64,000 bases of DNA, taken from the NCBI GenBank assembly GCA_030651375.1, contig JAUSFM010000014.1, forward strand, positions 89,630 to 153,629. The letters are read 5' to 3'. Positions 1 to 9,574 of this stretch are shown piece after piece. How positions within the stretch are numbered: the first letter of the stretch is position 1; every line of letters starts with the position of its first letter. Below the pieces are notes generated by a model. The model was not told the DNA's origin. It searched no databases and was given only the letters and a program-made list of their open reading frames with translations. The stretch is from Candidatus Woesearchaeota archaeon (lineage in GTDB: Archaea > Nanobdellota > Nanobdellia > Woesearchaeales > UBA12501). The position numbers were made by a program, and so were the translations under genes.

Positions 1-186
1 CGAGCGCAAACGAGAAAAATTTAATCAGAAAGTCAAACATCAGCCACACCCCTACACTGATGAGAATAATTCCGAAAACAATGTTGATAATGCGCATTGA
101 AATACCGAGCCGCCGCATGGATCATGCACCTTCCTTCTTTTTCTCTCCTTCGTTTTCTCTTTTTTTGTTTTTTCGTTTAAGTTTAC

Positions 187-1479
187 TTATTCGCCTTCAC
201 TATCGCTCGCATCGCCACTTTCTTTGTCGTCTCCATCAATCAGTATATTGATCGGCATGCCGAGGAATGCATTAATGGCGTCTTCAGCACCTTCGCGGAG
301 CGTGCTGACGTCGTCCTTGGTTTCTTTTTTTTCTGCCTTTTTAACTTTTACGATTCCAGCAGCGTGTTTCGTCTTGAGGTGGGCAGTTTTGTACTCGAGC
401 TCTTCAATCTCGCGCTGGACATTGTTGAGTCGGATGCGCTTGTACACGTCAAGAATTTGCTCGTTGATTTTTTCCATGAGCGCAGCGGTGTTTTTCAGGT
501 GCTCAACCGAAAGTTCGTTGAGCCGCGCTAGAGAATCGTGGCGTTCTTTGTCGTCCGTGCCAAACTGGCCGGTGAGGATGGTGCCGCGCAGCCGGTCGAG
601 CCCGTCGACAATCAGCACGTTGGTGTCGGCAAGCAGCGCATCGCCAGCGTTTGCGAGGTATGATTGAAAGAGCCGCGCTTCTTCAGGATACGCAGCGCAG
701 TATTTGCGGATGAGCCGCTCAATTGAGGAAAATGATTTTGAAAGAAGGTCGTGATGGTTCTTCAGTTTGCCCTTGAGCGCAGCCATTTGTTTTTGGAGCA
801 CTTCGAGTTCCTGAAATTGTTTTCCCGTCCGGAGCTGCTGCATGTGGGTTTCAGCGCTTGCAATCAGGCTTTCGGTGAGGGCAAGTGCCTGCTTTTCTTG
901 GATGATGGTATCAGCAAAGCCGCCTTTTTGCTTGACGGTTTCTTCGAGCTCGTTGATTTTCTTTTTTATGGTGGCAAGCTCGGCAAGCTTTGTTTGTTTC
1001 AGGCCGGCGAAAACTCCTTCAATGGCAGTGAGTTGGTTTCCCACATCACGAACCTCGTTGGAAAAGAATTCTTTGAGGATGATATAGTTGCGTGCCGTGT
1101 TTTTGACCAGCTGTCCCATCCGCTCTTCTGCCCCAGAGATAAACTGAAGCAATTTTTCATACGCAAGCTCGTTGGGAACAACGAGGCCGTCGGCAAAAGC
1201 GCTGACCGTGCGGAGATATGCTTCGCGGTTGCCAAGCATGATTTGTTTTTCTTTTTCTGGCAACGCCGCATTCATGAGTTGGGCTTCGCCGAGCAGTTTC
1301 AGCTTGTCCTTGAGCACGCCGCGTGCGTCCTGCAGTTGGCGCAGTTTTTCCCGGAGCTGCTGTTTTTCCTCGTCAATAAGCGTCATGCTGCGCTCAATAA
1401 ACCAGTCAAACAGCCGTTCAAGAGGGATGTTGTATTCCTCAATTGCAGCTTTTTTAAAGAACGTTTTGAGCCACTTCAC
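187..1479 (-). CDS. Long coiled-coil protein of unknown function (K/E/L/Q-rich, 430 aa)
   Basis: Long ORF with heptad-like charged composition. The opposite-strand ORF 751..1968 is an F/L-rich antisense shadow and also overlaps the Rpp21 gene. Confidence 0.5.
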   Translation of the reverse strand: MKWLKTFFKKAAIEEYNIPLERLFDWFIERSMTLIDEEKQQLREKLRQLQDARGVLKDKLKLLGEAQLMNAALPEKEKQIMLGNREAYLRTVSAFADGLVVPNELAYEKLLQFISGAEERMGQLVKNTARNYIILKEFFSNEVRDVGNQLTAIEGVFAGLKQTKLAELATIKKKINELEETVKQKGGFADTIIQEKQALALTESLIASAETHMQQLRTGKQFQELEVLQKQMAALKGKLKNHHDLLSKSFSSIERLIRKYCAAYPEEARLFQSYLANAGDALLADTNVLIVDGLDRLRGTILTGQFGTDDKERHDSLARLNELSVEHLKNTAALMEKINEQILDVYKRIRLNNVQREIEELEYKTAHLKTKHAAGIVKVKKAEKKETKDDVSTLREGAEDAINAFLGMPINILIDGDDKESGDASDSEGE

Positions 1480-1576
1480 GGTTTCACCACTTCCCCCCTT
1501 CCCCGGTTCCTTGTATCGGGGCGGTGCTGGCAGTATTTATATGGTTTGTTATACTCCAGTGATGGGAAGATACAGA

Positions 1577-1590
1577 TGAAGATAAAGATT
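1577..1590 (+). promoter_or_regulatory. TATA-like box (tttttaaagttt) about 20-25 nt upstream of the Rpp21 start
   Basis: AT-rich TATA-like element at archaeal promoter spacing from the ATG at 1607. Confidence 0.3.
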
Positions 1591-1606
1591 TTTAAAGTTT
1601 CAAATC

Positions 1607-1933
1607 TTGGCAGGGAGTATGAAAAAGCAAAAAAAGCACGCAAAAAAACAGGAAGAGCGCGCTACGGCGCAGCGCCGTGTTCACGAGCTTTTTTCCACCG
1701 CGGCAATACGGGCGTCGGCACCGGCAGCAGCCAACCGGCTGGTGCGGACTGCACGCCGGCTGGCAATGAAATTCCGGCTCCGACTTCCCTCAACGCTGAA
1801 ACGCCGTGTGTGCAAGCACTGTTACGCCTATCTCCGGCCAGGTGTGAATTGCCGTGTGCGACTCGCGAAACAGCGCGTCATTTATCGGTGCAACGCGTGC
1901 AAGAAATTTATGCGGTTTCCGTATGTGCGTTAA
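1607..1933 (+). CDS. rnp4: RNase P protein component 4 (Rpp21/Rpr2 family zinc-ribbon protein)
   Basis: 108 aa basic protein with a C-terminal CxxC...CxxC zinc ribbon (CKHCYAYL...YRCNACKKFMRF) and a basic N-terminal helix, as in archaeal Rpp21/Rpr2. Confidence 0.6.
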   Translation: MAGSMKKQKKHAKKQEERATAQRRVHELFSTAAIRASAPAAANRLVRTARRLAMKFRLRLPSTLKRRVCKHCYAYLRPGVNCRVRLAKQRVIYRCNACKKFMRFPYVR

Positions 1934-2013
1934 GCTATATTTTTTACTGTAGAGTACTCACCACATAAATCTTTATATAGAGCTTCCTGCCCCCGCAAAC
2001 GAGGGGATTATGG

Positions 2014-3132
2014 ATGGCAACAGAAGCAAAAAATCTTCGTGATGTAAGCAGTGTTCTTCGTACTTCTTTTCAGGCCATCAAACGTGACATCGCCGGCCTC
2101 ACCGAACGCCTTGAGGCAAACCAGCAACGCAATGAGATGGTTGCGCACCAGACCCAGCAGCTTGAGCATACGCTTGGCCTGCTTGCCGGCGATTTTATCA
2201 CCACGGACAAACTAAACGTCGTCAAAATCCAGCTCGGCGACCTGAAAGATGAGCTCAAGCGCGCTGATGCCGCAGAAAAAGCAGTGCGCGACCTACGCTC
2301 AATTGCCGCAACCAAAGTCACGACAGAAAAAGCACTGGCAGACCTGCGCAGCGAATTTGAGGCAAAGCACGCCCGCTGGCGCTCAAACGTAAAATCGCTC
2401 ACCAAAACAGTTGACAGCGCATTTGAAAAAATCAACAAAAACATGGCGGTTGTGCAGACGGCAAACAATAGAGACATTGACGGCCGCATGGCAGGATTCA
2501 GAAAAGAGTTTGACACGCGCCTCTATCAAGCAAGCGCAGAAGGTACTATGCGTACCGAAAAAACCAACGCTGCGCTCGCCGCACACCAAAAGCGCACGCA
2601 GGAAGAATTCCAGCGTGTCGCCCGAAAATCACACGTACACGAGCTTGTCCGCGACCTCAACAACGAATTCAACACACTAAAAGAGCGCCTCGCCACCATG
2701 GGCGATGAAACCGGCGAGCTGCGCAACGATGTCGAGTCACTTGACCACCGAACGCGCGACTTTGAAAGCATCCAAAAACAATTCTCAACCATGCATTCCA
2801 ATTTTGAAAGCCTCAAGAGCCGCATGGTGGCTGATATACATGACGTGCAGGATGATATTCATCGGCTGGGCAAAAAAGTCAAGGAAAACATCCCGCCAAA
2901 AGAACTCCGCAGCGCAGCGCGGCTGCTGCACCTCAAAAGTAAAACCCCACCGCTGGTCAAAACATCAAATGTGCTCATCAGCATTTCATTTGCACTCGTC
3001 GTGTTTGCAGGCATTCTCTTTTTTGCGCTTGCCAAAACAAACGGATTTCTGGTTACTTGGACTGTCGGGCTTGCCGTCGGGGTGTTTGTGATTGGCCTGC
3101 TGTTCAGAACAGTGCACGCGATAAAGAATTAA
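2014..3132 (+). CDS. Coiled-coil protein with C-terminal double transmembrane anchor
   Basis: 372 aa. Long alpha-helical charged region followed by two hydrophobic helices at the C-terminus (ISISFALVVFAGILFFALA / LAVGVFVIGLLF). A TATA-like 'ctttatatag' lies about 37 nt upstream. Confidence 0.5.
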   Translation: MATEAKNLRDVSSVLRTSFQAIKRDIAGLTERLEANQQRNEMVAHQTQQLEHTLGLLAGDFITTDKLNVVKIQLGDLKDELKRADAAEKAVRDLRSIAATKVTTEKALADLRSEFEAKHARWRSNVKSLTKTVDSAFEKINKNMAVVQTANNRDIDGRMAGFRKEFDTRLYQASAEGTMRTEKTNAALAAHQKRTQEEFQRVARKSHVHELVRDLNNEFNTLKERLATMGDETGELRNDVESLDHRTRDFESIQKQFSTMHSNFESLKSRMVADIHDVQDDIHRLGKKVKENIPPKELRSAARLLHLKSKTPPLVKTSNVLISISFALVVFAGILFFALAKTNGFLVTWTVGLAVGVFVIGLLFRTVHAIKN

Positions 3133-3234
3133 TACTAATAACCCACCACAAACTTTATAAGTAATTAACGGCATAAAAAAGCAATAAAGAAGCCCAGTAC
3201 TGAGAAGCAAAAGAGAGAAAGAAAGAGGTGACGT

Positions 3235-4044
3235 GTGGGTCGCACAATCGGCGTGATAGCTATCAAGGGAGGCGTTGGAAAAACAACTGTAGTCGCAAAT
3301 CTTGGCGCGGTGCTTGCCCACGAATTTAACCAGCGTGTGCTTATTCTTGACGCAAATTTTTCAGCAGCAAATCTGGGCTTGCATTTCGGCATTGTCAACC
3401 CTGAAATAACGCTTCATGACGTGCTGGCAGAAAAGCACGACATCAAAAAAGCTATTATCTCCCATGGCCGCATGGACATTATTGCCGGAAGCCTGGTGCC
3501 AAAAAAAGTTGACCCGCTCAAGCTTCGCAGCAAACTAAACCAGCTGAAAAAAGAGTATGATTTTATTCTTATCGATTCGTCCCCAGCGCTGAATGAGGAA
3601 ATCCTCGCAACTATGGTTGCTGCCGACGAGCTCATGGTGGTCACAACACCCGATTATCCCACGCTCAGCTGCACCATGCACGCGGTCAAAGTCGCCAAGC
3701 GACGCGGCACGCCAATCACCGGCATTATCGTCAATAAAAAGCGCAATCAGCTGTTTGAGCTCACCACTGAAGAAATCGAAGAGGCAACTGAAACACCTGT
3801 TATTGCAGTTGTCCGGGATGATGTGCGTGTGCTTGAAGCGCTTGCCGCAACAACACCCGCAACGATTTATGGGAATGTGACTGATGTGGTGGTTGAGTAC
3901 CGCAAACTCGGAGCGGCACTACTGGGAGAAACGTATCGTGATCCCCGTTTCCTCAACCGCATGCGGGATGCATTGTTCAAGACCGATACGGCAAAGCATG
4001 AAGTCAACCGCGCGGTGCTCGGCAGCCCGCTTGCAAAAAAGTAG
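3235..4044 (+). CDS. MinD/ParA-family P-loop ATPase (GTG start)
   Basis: Deviant Walker A 'AIKGGVGKTT' at the N-terminus. Overall MinD/Mrp/ParA architecture, 269 aa. Confidence 0.7.
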   Translation: MGRTIGVIAIKGGVGKTTVVANLGAVLAHEFNQRVLILDANFSAANLGLHFGIVNPEITLHDVLAEKHDIKKAIISHGRMDIIAGSLVPKKVDPLKLRSKLNQLKKEYDFILIDSSPALNEEILATMVAADELMVVTTPDYPTLSCTMHAVKVAKRRGTPITGIIVNKKRNQLFELTTEEIEEATETPVIAVVRDDVRVLEALAATTPATIYGNVTDVVVEYRKLGAALLGETYRDPRFLNRMRDALFKTDTAKHEVNRAVLGSPLAKK

Positions 4045-4057
4045 GAATGAACTCGCC

Positions 4058-4528
4058 ATGATTTCTTTTAGCACCTATGTTCTGGTTGCACTTTTCGCGT
4101 ACGGAGGCACCCTTGCTGGCGTGGGGACAAGTATTCTTGCGTCAGAAGAATTAAAATCAGGCCGTGTATGGCTCGCCCGCAGCAGAAAGATTTGGTATGT
4201 GCTACTCATTGCCGCCACCCTTTTTTTTCTTGTAGTAAGCCCATGGAGCATACCGGTCATCTTTCTGGGGTTTCTCTGTGCGTACGTCAATAAAATTTTT
4301 GTCGGCCCAATGGTGCACGTGTATGTTGGTTTTCTTTTTTTTCTTGCAGGCCGCGACCTCGCCTTTTTGTTGACCAGTGCAGTCGCCGTGTTCCTATTTT
4401 ATTTCACCAGCGGGGCAGCCGGCATGGCCCATGGAAAAGGTGATGTCAGAAAACGAATGAAAGCGGTGCTTCTCCGGCATCTTCCCTTTTTTGCGTGTTT
4501 GCCGCTGTATGCGTTATATATTTTTTAG
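4058..4528 (+). CDS. Small polytopic membrane protein (about 4 TM)
   Basis: Track ORF 3884..4528 trimmed to the internal ATG at 4058, because the 5' extension overlaps the MinD-like gene. Hydrophobic segments throughout. Confidence 0.4.
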   Translation: MISFSTYVLVALFAYGGTLAGVGTSILASEELKSGRVWLARSRKIWYVLLIAATLFFLVVSPWSIPVIFLGFLCAYVNKIFVGPMVHVYVGFLFFLAGRDLAFLLTSAVAVFLFYFTSGAAGMAHGKGDVRKRMKAVLLRHLPFFACLPLYALYIF

Positions 4529-4542
4529 GGGTTTTTGCTTGT

Positions 4543-4977
4543 TTAGAAATAATTGAAAAAAAACAGCGCAACCAGCATGCCGAGCACAATGCCTCCGGCA
4601 ACTTGGAGGGGTGTATGGCCGAGCACCTCGCGAACTTTTGTCACGCCCTTCTGTTTCACGCTGCGCAAAACCTGAATCATCTGGTTGATACGTCGAGCTG
4701 TTTCACCGGCTTCGCGCCGCACGCCAACCGCGTCAGCCATGACAATCAGCGAAAAAAGCAGTGCCACGGCAAAAACGGAAGTGTCTGCTTTGATGAGGTA
4801 GAGCGTCGTGGTCAGCGCCGTGGCCATAGCGGCGTGGGTTGAGGGCATGCCACCCGGCTCAAAGAGTAATAATGAGAGGTCGACCTTTTGATGATTCAAA
4901 AAATGAAGCGCGACTTTGATGCCTTGCGACAGAATCGCTGAGGTAACCACCGGAAAAAAAAGTTCATTGAAGCTCAT
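4543..4977 (-). CDS. DUF212-type membrane protein (acid phosphatase / vanadium-haloperoxidase-related fold)
   Basis: 144 aa. The motif 'GMPSTHAA...ADAVGVRREAGETARRINQ' resembles the divergent PAP2/DUF212 family. Confidence 0.45.
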   Translation of the reverse strand: MSFNELFFPVVTSAILSQGIKVALHFLNHQKVDLSLLLFEPGGMPSTHAAMATALTTTLYLIKADTSVFAVALLFSLIVMADAVGVRREAGETARRINQMIQVLRSVKQKGVTKVREVLGHTPLQVAGGIVLGMLVALFFFNYF

Positions 4978-4990
4978 AGAATCACCACAC

Positions 4991-5500
4991 TCACCATTTT
5001 TTTATTTTGCGCTGGCTCACCATTAAAAAGCCCATGATAACGAAGATTATAGGGATGCCGATTGTCGGGACGCCGAAAAAATAGAGTGCAGGAAAGACGA
5101 TACCATTCACCGTAATCGGCACGCCTTCAAAAAAAGTAGTGTGATTCATGATGTTGAAACGGGCAAGCCGTGCAATGCCGCAGAGCAGGAAAAAGATACC
5201 GCCTACCAGCGCGGGAACCGTACGCTCTGCAAGCAAGTAGCCAAACAGCGCTGGCGCAACGCTGAACGAAACTGTATCTGCCAACGAATCAAGCTCTTTT
5301 CCAAACAGGTGCGCCTGATGCCGCCAACGCGCGATTCTGCCATCAAGCCCATCAAGGACTGCGGCGACAAGCATGCCAATGCTGGCGAACGCAAATTGGT
5401 GCTGAAACGAAAAAATGATTGACAAAAATCCTGCACCAGCGCCGAGCAGAGTAATGCTGTCAGCGAGGGTTATCAGTTTTGTTATTTTCATCGAAGCCAC
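4991..5500 (-). CDS. CDP-alcohol phosphatidyltransferase (archaetidylserine synthase-like)
   Basis: Signature D-G-x2-A-R-x8-G-x3-D-x3-D present (DGLDGRIARWRHQAHLFGKELDSLAD). Polytopic. Overlaps the adjacent PS decarboxylase gene by 13 nt, suggesting an operon. Confidence 0.65.
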   Translation of the reverse strand: MASMKITKLITLADSITLLGAGAGFLSIIFSFQHQFAFASIGMLVAAVLDGLDGRIARWRHQAHLFGKELDSLADTVSFSVAPALFGYLLAERTVPALVGGIFFLLCGIARLARFNIMNHTTFFEGVPITVNGIVFPALYFFGVPTIGIPIIFVIMGFLMVSQRKIKKW

Positions 5501-6120
5501 CGCTCATTTGTTGCAATAACAGTTTTGCCGCCAACGACTTTTTGCCCTTCATGGACCGCAAGTTTGTACTTTGCCGGGAAGATGAGGGTTACTTGGCTGC
5601 CCATTTTGATGACACCAAGTGACTGCCCTTTTTCAACGTGATCATTTTTTTTGACAAAGCAGCGAATGCGCCGCGCGACGTAGCCGGCAATCTGAATCAC
5701 CTTTATTTTTCCAAAGTGAGTGTTCATCAGGATTTCATTTTTCTCATTTTCCAGCGCTGCTTTCATCGTGTATGCCTTGCGTACTGCGTTTTTCCATTTT
5801 CCTTTTTCATGGTGTGTGTACAGAATCGTGCCGGTGGTCGGCGCTTTCTGGAAATGCACATCGCTCAAGTGCATGACAATGTCGATGAGAAAGCAATCGT
5901 TGTCAACATCTTCAGTGAGTGTTTTTATTTTTCCCCAGCCTTTTTGCAGCGTGACATATTTTCTGGTGGTACGAATGATGCGCGCAATTTTTCCATGCGC
6001 TGGGCTCACGATATTATTTCCCGGTGTCGGCTCAATAAGCGGATTGCGAAGTGTGTACGAATAGAACAGAAATGCCGCTGCAGTAAAGAGGAGGGAGACG
6101 TAGATAAGCGCTATCACCAT
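5488..6120 (-). CDS. Phosphatidylserine (archaetidylserine) decarboxylase proenzyme
   Basis: PSD-family C-terminal region with a G-S self-cleavage site context (VIKMGSQVTLIFP) and an N-terminal TM. Adjacent to the CDP-alcohol transferase. Confidence 0.6.
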   Translation of the reverse strand: MVIALIYVSLLFTAAAFLFYSYTLRNPLIEPTPGNNIVSPAHGKIARIIRTTRKYVTLQKGWGKIKTLTEDVDNDCFLIDIVMHLSDVHFQKAPTTGTILYTHHEKGKWKNAVRKAYTMKAALENEKNEILMNTHFGKIKVIQIAGYVARRIRCFVKKNDHVEKGQSLGVIKMGSQVTLIFPAKYKLAVHEGQKVVGGKTVIATNERWLR

Positions 6121-6212
6121 ACTTTTATACAGCCACTGGTTCTTTTTAAAGTTGTTGGTTAGTGCTGAACAAAAACTATATAAACTAACGGTTGATTGGG
6201 CAATTTACTCAG

Positions 6213-6285
6213 GCCCCCATAGCTTAGCCGGTAGAGCGTGCGGCTGTTAACCGCAAGGTCGCCAGTTCGAGTCTGGCTGGGGGCG
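6213..6285 (+). tRNA. tRNA-Asn (anticodon GTT)
   Basis: Cloverleaf by eye. Acceptor gccccca/tgggggc, D stem gctt/gagc, anticodon stem tgcgg/ccgca with loop cTGTTAaa, T arm gccag-ttcgagt-ctggc, discriminator G. No encoded CCA. Confidence 0.85.
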
Positions 6286-6379
6286 TATTAATTCTTTTAG
6301 AGGTCTGTGGTTTGAGGTCTGAAGTACGTTAAAAAAATGCGCTGCGCAGAGAATTATTTTTTATCCATTGTTAGATATT

Positions 6380-6790
6380 CTATCCCAGTATATGGAATCC
6401 GGTGAACTCTACGGAGACACGAGTATATTGAAGAACCTGGCCAGCCTTAGGTGGGACAAGAGTATATTTAATAATCTCGCCATCCTTATTAAATTCTAAT
6501 TTTTTTAATGCCGGATTTTGTCGCACTAAATTACCTACTTCTACACGGTAGCCTCCGGTGGGAGCAGAAAGATAGTTATTACGCAAACCCTGCGCATTCA
6601 GTTGATCAACAATTGTCTGCACCGTGTCGCCTTCTCCTGCGATAATTTCATACGTTTCATATCGGGTAGTATGGCCAATTGTGGGTTGGACTGTTTCTTC
6701 TCCAACTTTTTCGATTTCAGCGCCAGTGGCAGTAGAAGCTACCCCTCCAACACCTAACGCAACAATCAGTGCAAGATCTTTTGGTTTCAT
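6380..6790 (-). CDS. Secreted or exported protein with N-terminal signal peptide, unknown function
   Basis: N-terminus MKPKDLALIVALGVGGVASTATG resembles a signal peptide. 136 aa. Confidence 0.4.
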   Translation of the reverse strand: MKPKDLALIVALGVGGVASTATGAEIEKVGEETVQPTIGHTTRYETYEIIAGEGDTVQTIVDQLNAQGLRNNYLSAPTGGYRVEVGNLVRQNPALKKLEFNKDGEIIKYTLVPPKAGQVLQYTRVSVEFTGFHILG

Positions 6791-6847
6791 AAGGTTTAGG
6801 ATATCTCCAGATATAAAAAGATTCTGTAACTTGAGTCATATCACTCC

Positions 6848-7594
6848 TTATTTTAATTCTTCTCCCGTCGCAAACTTCCACAACAGCTTAAAATAATTTG
6901 TATACGACGCTGCCATGCGTTCATCGTCGATAATCACGCCAAATGGCTCATCCGCCCAGATAAAAAAAGAAACCTTGTTGTCATACACATTCGTCGTTGC
7001 CGGACTGTCGTATTCTTTGGGAAGAAATGCAGCACGCGTGCAGGGCAAAGTATTCAGGTAGGCAATCCGTTCCTGTGCATTTTCATTGTAGAGATGGTAC
7101 TGCCATTGTTTTTGCCGCATGCGCCGTTCATGGTAAATGACTACAAATGATTTCATGCGCTCAGAAACATCGCGGGGAATGCCAAAGGAATAGATAGGAG
7201 CACCAGAAGCAAGCTGGTCGTCGGTCATCGCCTTAATGCCGGCAATGCCTTCAAAGATATGCGCTTTTGGCTTGGGGCCCGCGAGCTGGGCATGCATTTT
7301 TAATTCAGGCACGAGCCGGCTGAGCTGGAGTTTTTTTTCTTCCATCAGCGAACACACAGCCGCAGGGTCTGTTGCCTGAAATATTTTTTTCTCGTTCTGA
7401 AAAATGTAGGTGACAAGGCCGAGTGCAATCAGTTTTTCCAGAGCATCATAGACATTCGGCCGGTGGATGTCCATTTTTTCAGCAACTTCGCCGGCAGTAG
7501 ACGGGCCGCGCTGAAGAAGCCGCACATAGACTTTGATTTCATTTTTGCCGAGACCGATTGCTTCAAGTATCTGGTATCGTTCAGGAAGTTCCAT
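6848..7594 (-). CDS. TrmB-family transcriptional regulator
   Basis: N-terminal wHTH 'YQILEAIGLGKNEIKVYVRLLQRGPSTAGEVAEKMDIHRPNVYDALEKLIALGLV' typical of TrmB, plus a C-terminal effector domain. Confidence 0.65.
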   Translation of the reverse strand: MELPERYQILEAIGLGKNEIKVYVRLLQRGPSTAGEVAEKMDIHRPNVYDALEKLIALGLVTYIFQNEKKIFQATDPAAVCSLMEEKKLQLSRLVPELKMHAQLAGPKPKAHIFEGIAGIKAMTDDQLASGAPIYSFGIPRDVSERMKSFVVIYHERRMRQKQWQYHLYNENAQERIAYLNTLPCTRAAFLPKEYDSPATTNVYDNKVSFFIWADEPFGVIIDDERMAASYTNYFKLLWKFATGEELK

Positions 7595-7599
7595 AAGAA

Positions 7600-8511
7600 T
7601 TATTTGATGACGACTGTTTTTACGATTTCGGCCAGTTTTTTGTCATTGGCAAAGCCGGGCTGGTCACCCTCATCATATAATTGGAGGATGACTGTTTTTT
7701 CACCACTGATGTCTGAAAACTGGAACTTGGAAAGGTCAATCGTTGCCTTGAGGCGCTTTGCTGTTTCAAGCACGGCGTATTTTTTGATGAGCGGCGATGC
7801 TTTATACGCGCCGCTGGTTTTTTCATCAAACGCATACGCTTTTATTTTTGGAATGAACGCTTTTCCCCGATTTTCAAGGGTAAACGAAACGTCAGTTACC
7901 TTGCCGCCCCAGTCGCGCGTTGCGGTCTTGATGTCTTCAAGCGTCAAGGTCACGTCGCCTGCGGCGCTGGTTGCGCTGGTGCCTTCGGTAACGAGTGGTG
8001 TTGGTTCAGATTCAGCAGACGGTACAACTGGTTCTGCTGGAATAGTTTGTTCAGGAAGCGGCACAACGGGTGCAGAAAGGGTTTCTATTGGTTTTTCTGC
8101 TGGGGAGACCGGCTGGTTTGCCAACGCAATCCCTTCGCCAACGGCAACGCCAACCACGTTGCCTTCAACGCCTGAAGTGTCTGCACCAACAAGGTTCCAG
8201 GGAAACAGGGTGTAAAAGGGATTGTAAAAAAAGGAGACTGCAAAAAAGAGGAAGAGGAAGAGCAGCACGCCGCGCATAACGCGGTTGGGTGAAAAACTGA
8301 CGGTGACTTCTTTTTTTTGCTCGCTCGCGCGAGGTGCAGGCCGGACGGTTACCTTGGGCTCCGGATGGAGCTCTAGTTTCTTCTTGCCAAAGAAGCTTTT
8401 CTTTTCTTCTTTTTCTACGTTGTAGGGCTTCGGCTTTGCCTTTTCAATTTCATCATCAGAAAACAAGCGCTCTTCTGCCGCCCGAATCTCGTCACTGGTC
8501 AGGTTGCCCAT
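7600..8511 (-). CDS. Single-pass membrane protein with Thr/Pro/Val-rich extracellular region
   Basis: Cytoplasmic N-terminus, a TM (LLFLFLFFAVSFFY), then a low-complexity T/P/V-rich segment. 303 aa. Confidence 0.45.
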   Translation of the reverse strand: MGNLTSDEIRAAEERLFSDDEIEKAKPKPYNVEKEEKKSFFGKKKLELHPEPKVTVRPAPRASEQKKEVTVSFSPNRVMRGVLLFLFLFFAVSFFYNPFYTLFPWNLVGADTSGVEGNVVGVAVGEGIALANQPVSPAEKPIETLSAPVVPLPEQTIPAEPVVPSAESEPTPLVTEGTSATSAAGDVTLTLEDIKTATRDWGGKVTDVSFTLENRGKAFIPKIKAYAFDEKTSGAYKASPLIKKYAVLETAKRLKATIDLSKFQFSDISGEKTVILQLYDEGDQPGFANDKKLAEIVKTVVIK

Positions 8512-8614
8512 GCGCCAGAAAGAAGGTTCCAGATATATAAAGATTGTTGTGTGATGGAGAGTTTAAAAACGATAACAGAAGGTTTAAATAGGTATTTAAA
8601 TCACCCTCTTAAAA

Positions 8615-9574
8615 ATGGCACTCGTCGAACAATTTTCGGCATTTGAAGATGATCTTATTAGGCAATTCCATGCGCTTGGTTTTTTTCGGAATTTCAACAG
8701 GCTTTCTGATACTGATTTGAGAGAGTACCTTACCCAAAAATGGTTCTTGTCAATGAACTTTGTTGGCTGGTATGATCGGGCGATTAATGCGCTGAACGAT
8801 CCAGAAGCAAAGGAAGTGTTAAAAAAAATTGTGCATGATGAAACGCCCCGCGGCGCCCCATCGCATCGTGAAGATTTGCTTGCTGATTTAGAAGCCATTG
8901 GCATTTCCCGCGCAGACGTTTTATCGGCGCGCCCTACCCGAACAACGCAACGATCATTGATGCGGTTAAATCAGCTTGTTGCGTTCACGGATGATCCTGA
9001 TTATGACCTTCGTGTTATGAGCGCGTTGCGCATTGCCGGAGAAATTTTGGTTGCTGAAGAATATCGGCACGTTGTTCCAGAACTTGAACAACGGTATGGC
9101 TTAACACCTGAACGTTCCCGCTTTTATGCGCCCCATTTTTACCATGATAGAAAGGACAGCGAAACTGGGCAACATACGCATTCATTTGAAAGCGTTCTTG
9201 AACGCCTCATTTCAGACGAAGGAAAATTACGCATTGCCACGGAAAGTGCTGAACACGCGTTTCAGGTGCGAACGTATTTCCACAACCAATTTGACGCACG
9301 ACTTCGTGCACGAAAAGCACTTCCTCTTGCAGGTTTTGCAGCTGCGGCAGTGGCACTTATGTGTTACGTTGGTTCGCAGATTTCGCAGAAACCTGTTTCT
9401 TCGCCGCCTCGTTCACCGCCAAGCAGAACAAATTTGCCGGAAGCAGGAGTTCAGTTTTATCTTCAAGCTGACCGCTGGCTCTTACAAAGGTATGAAGAAA
9501 CAAGAGATAGACAGTACCTGAAAAATATTGGCACGTTTGAAGCAGCTCGTGATGTGTGGGGTCCCGGGCCGTAA
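8615..9574 (+). CDS. Hypothetical helical protein (possibly heme-oxygenase-like / PqqC-TenA-like fold) with C-terminal hydrophobic tail
   Basis: 319 aa. The motifs 'LREYLTQKWFLSMNFVGWYDRAINAL...HREDLLADLEAIGIS' loosely resemble the iron-containing redox enzyme (heme-oxygenase-like) family, so the family assignment is weak. Confidence 0.3.
   Translation: MALVEQFSAFEDDLIRQFHALGFFRNFNRLSDTDLREYLTQKWFLSMNFVGWYDRAINALNDPEAKEVLKKIVHDETPRGAPSHREDLLADLEAIGISRADVLSARPTRTTQRSLMRLNQLVAFTDDPDYDLRVMSALRIAGEILVAEEYRHVVPELEQRYGLTPERSRFYAPHFYHDRKDSETGQHTHSFESVLERLISDEGKLRIATESAEHAFQVRTYFHNQFDARLRARKALPLAGFAAAAVALMCYVGSQISQKPVSSPPRSPPSRTNLPEAGVQFYLQADRWLLQRYEETRDRQYLKNIGTFEAARDVWGPGP

Noticed and set aside
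751-1968. 405-aa plus-strand ORF
   Set aside because: F/L-rich antisense shadow of the K/E-rich coiled-coil gene 187..1479. It also overlaps the well-supported Rpp21 gene in a different frame.
3884-4057. 5' extension of the membrane-protein ORF
   Set aside because: Overlaps the 3' end of the MinD/ParA-like gene. The hydrophobic protein core begins at the internal ATG 4058, which is preceded by a purine-rich stretch.
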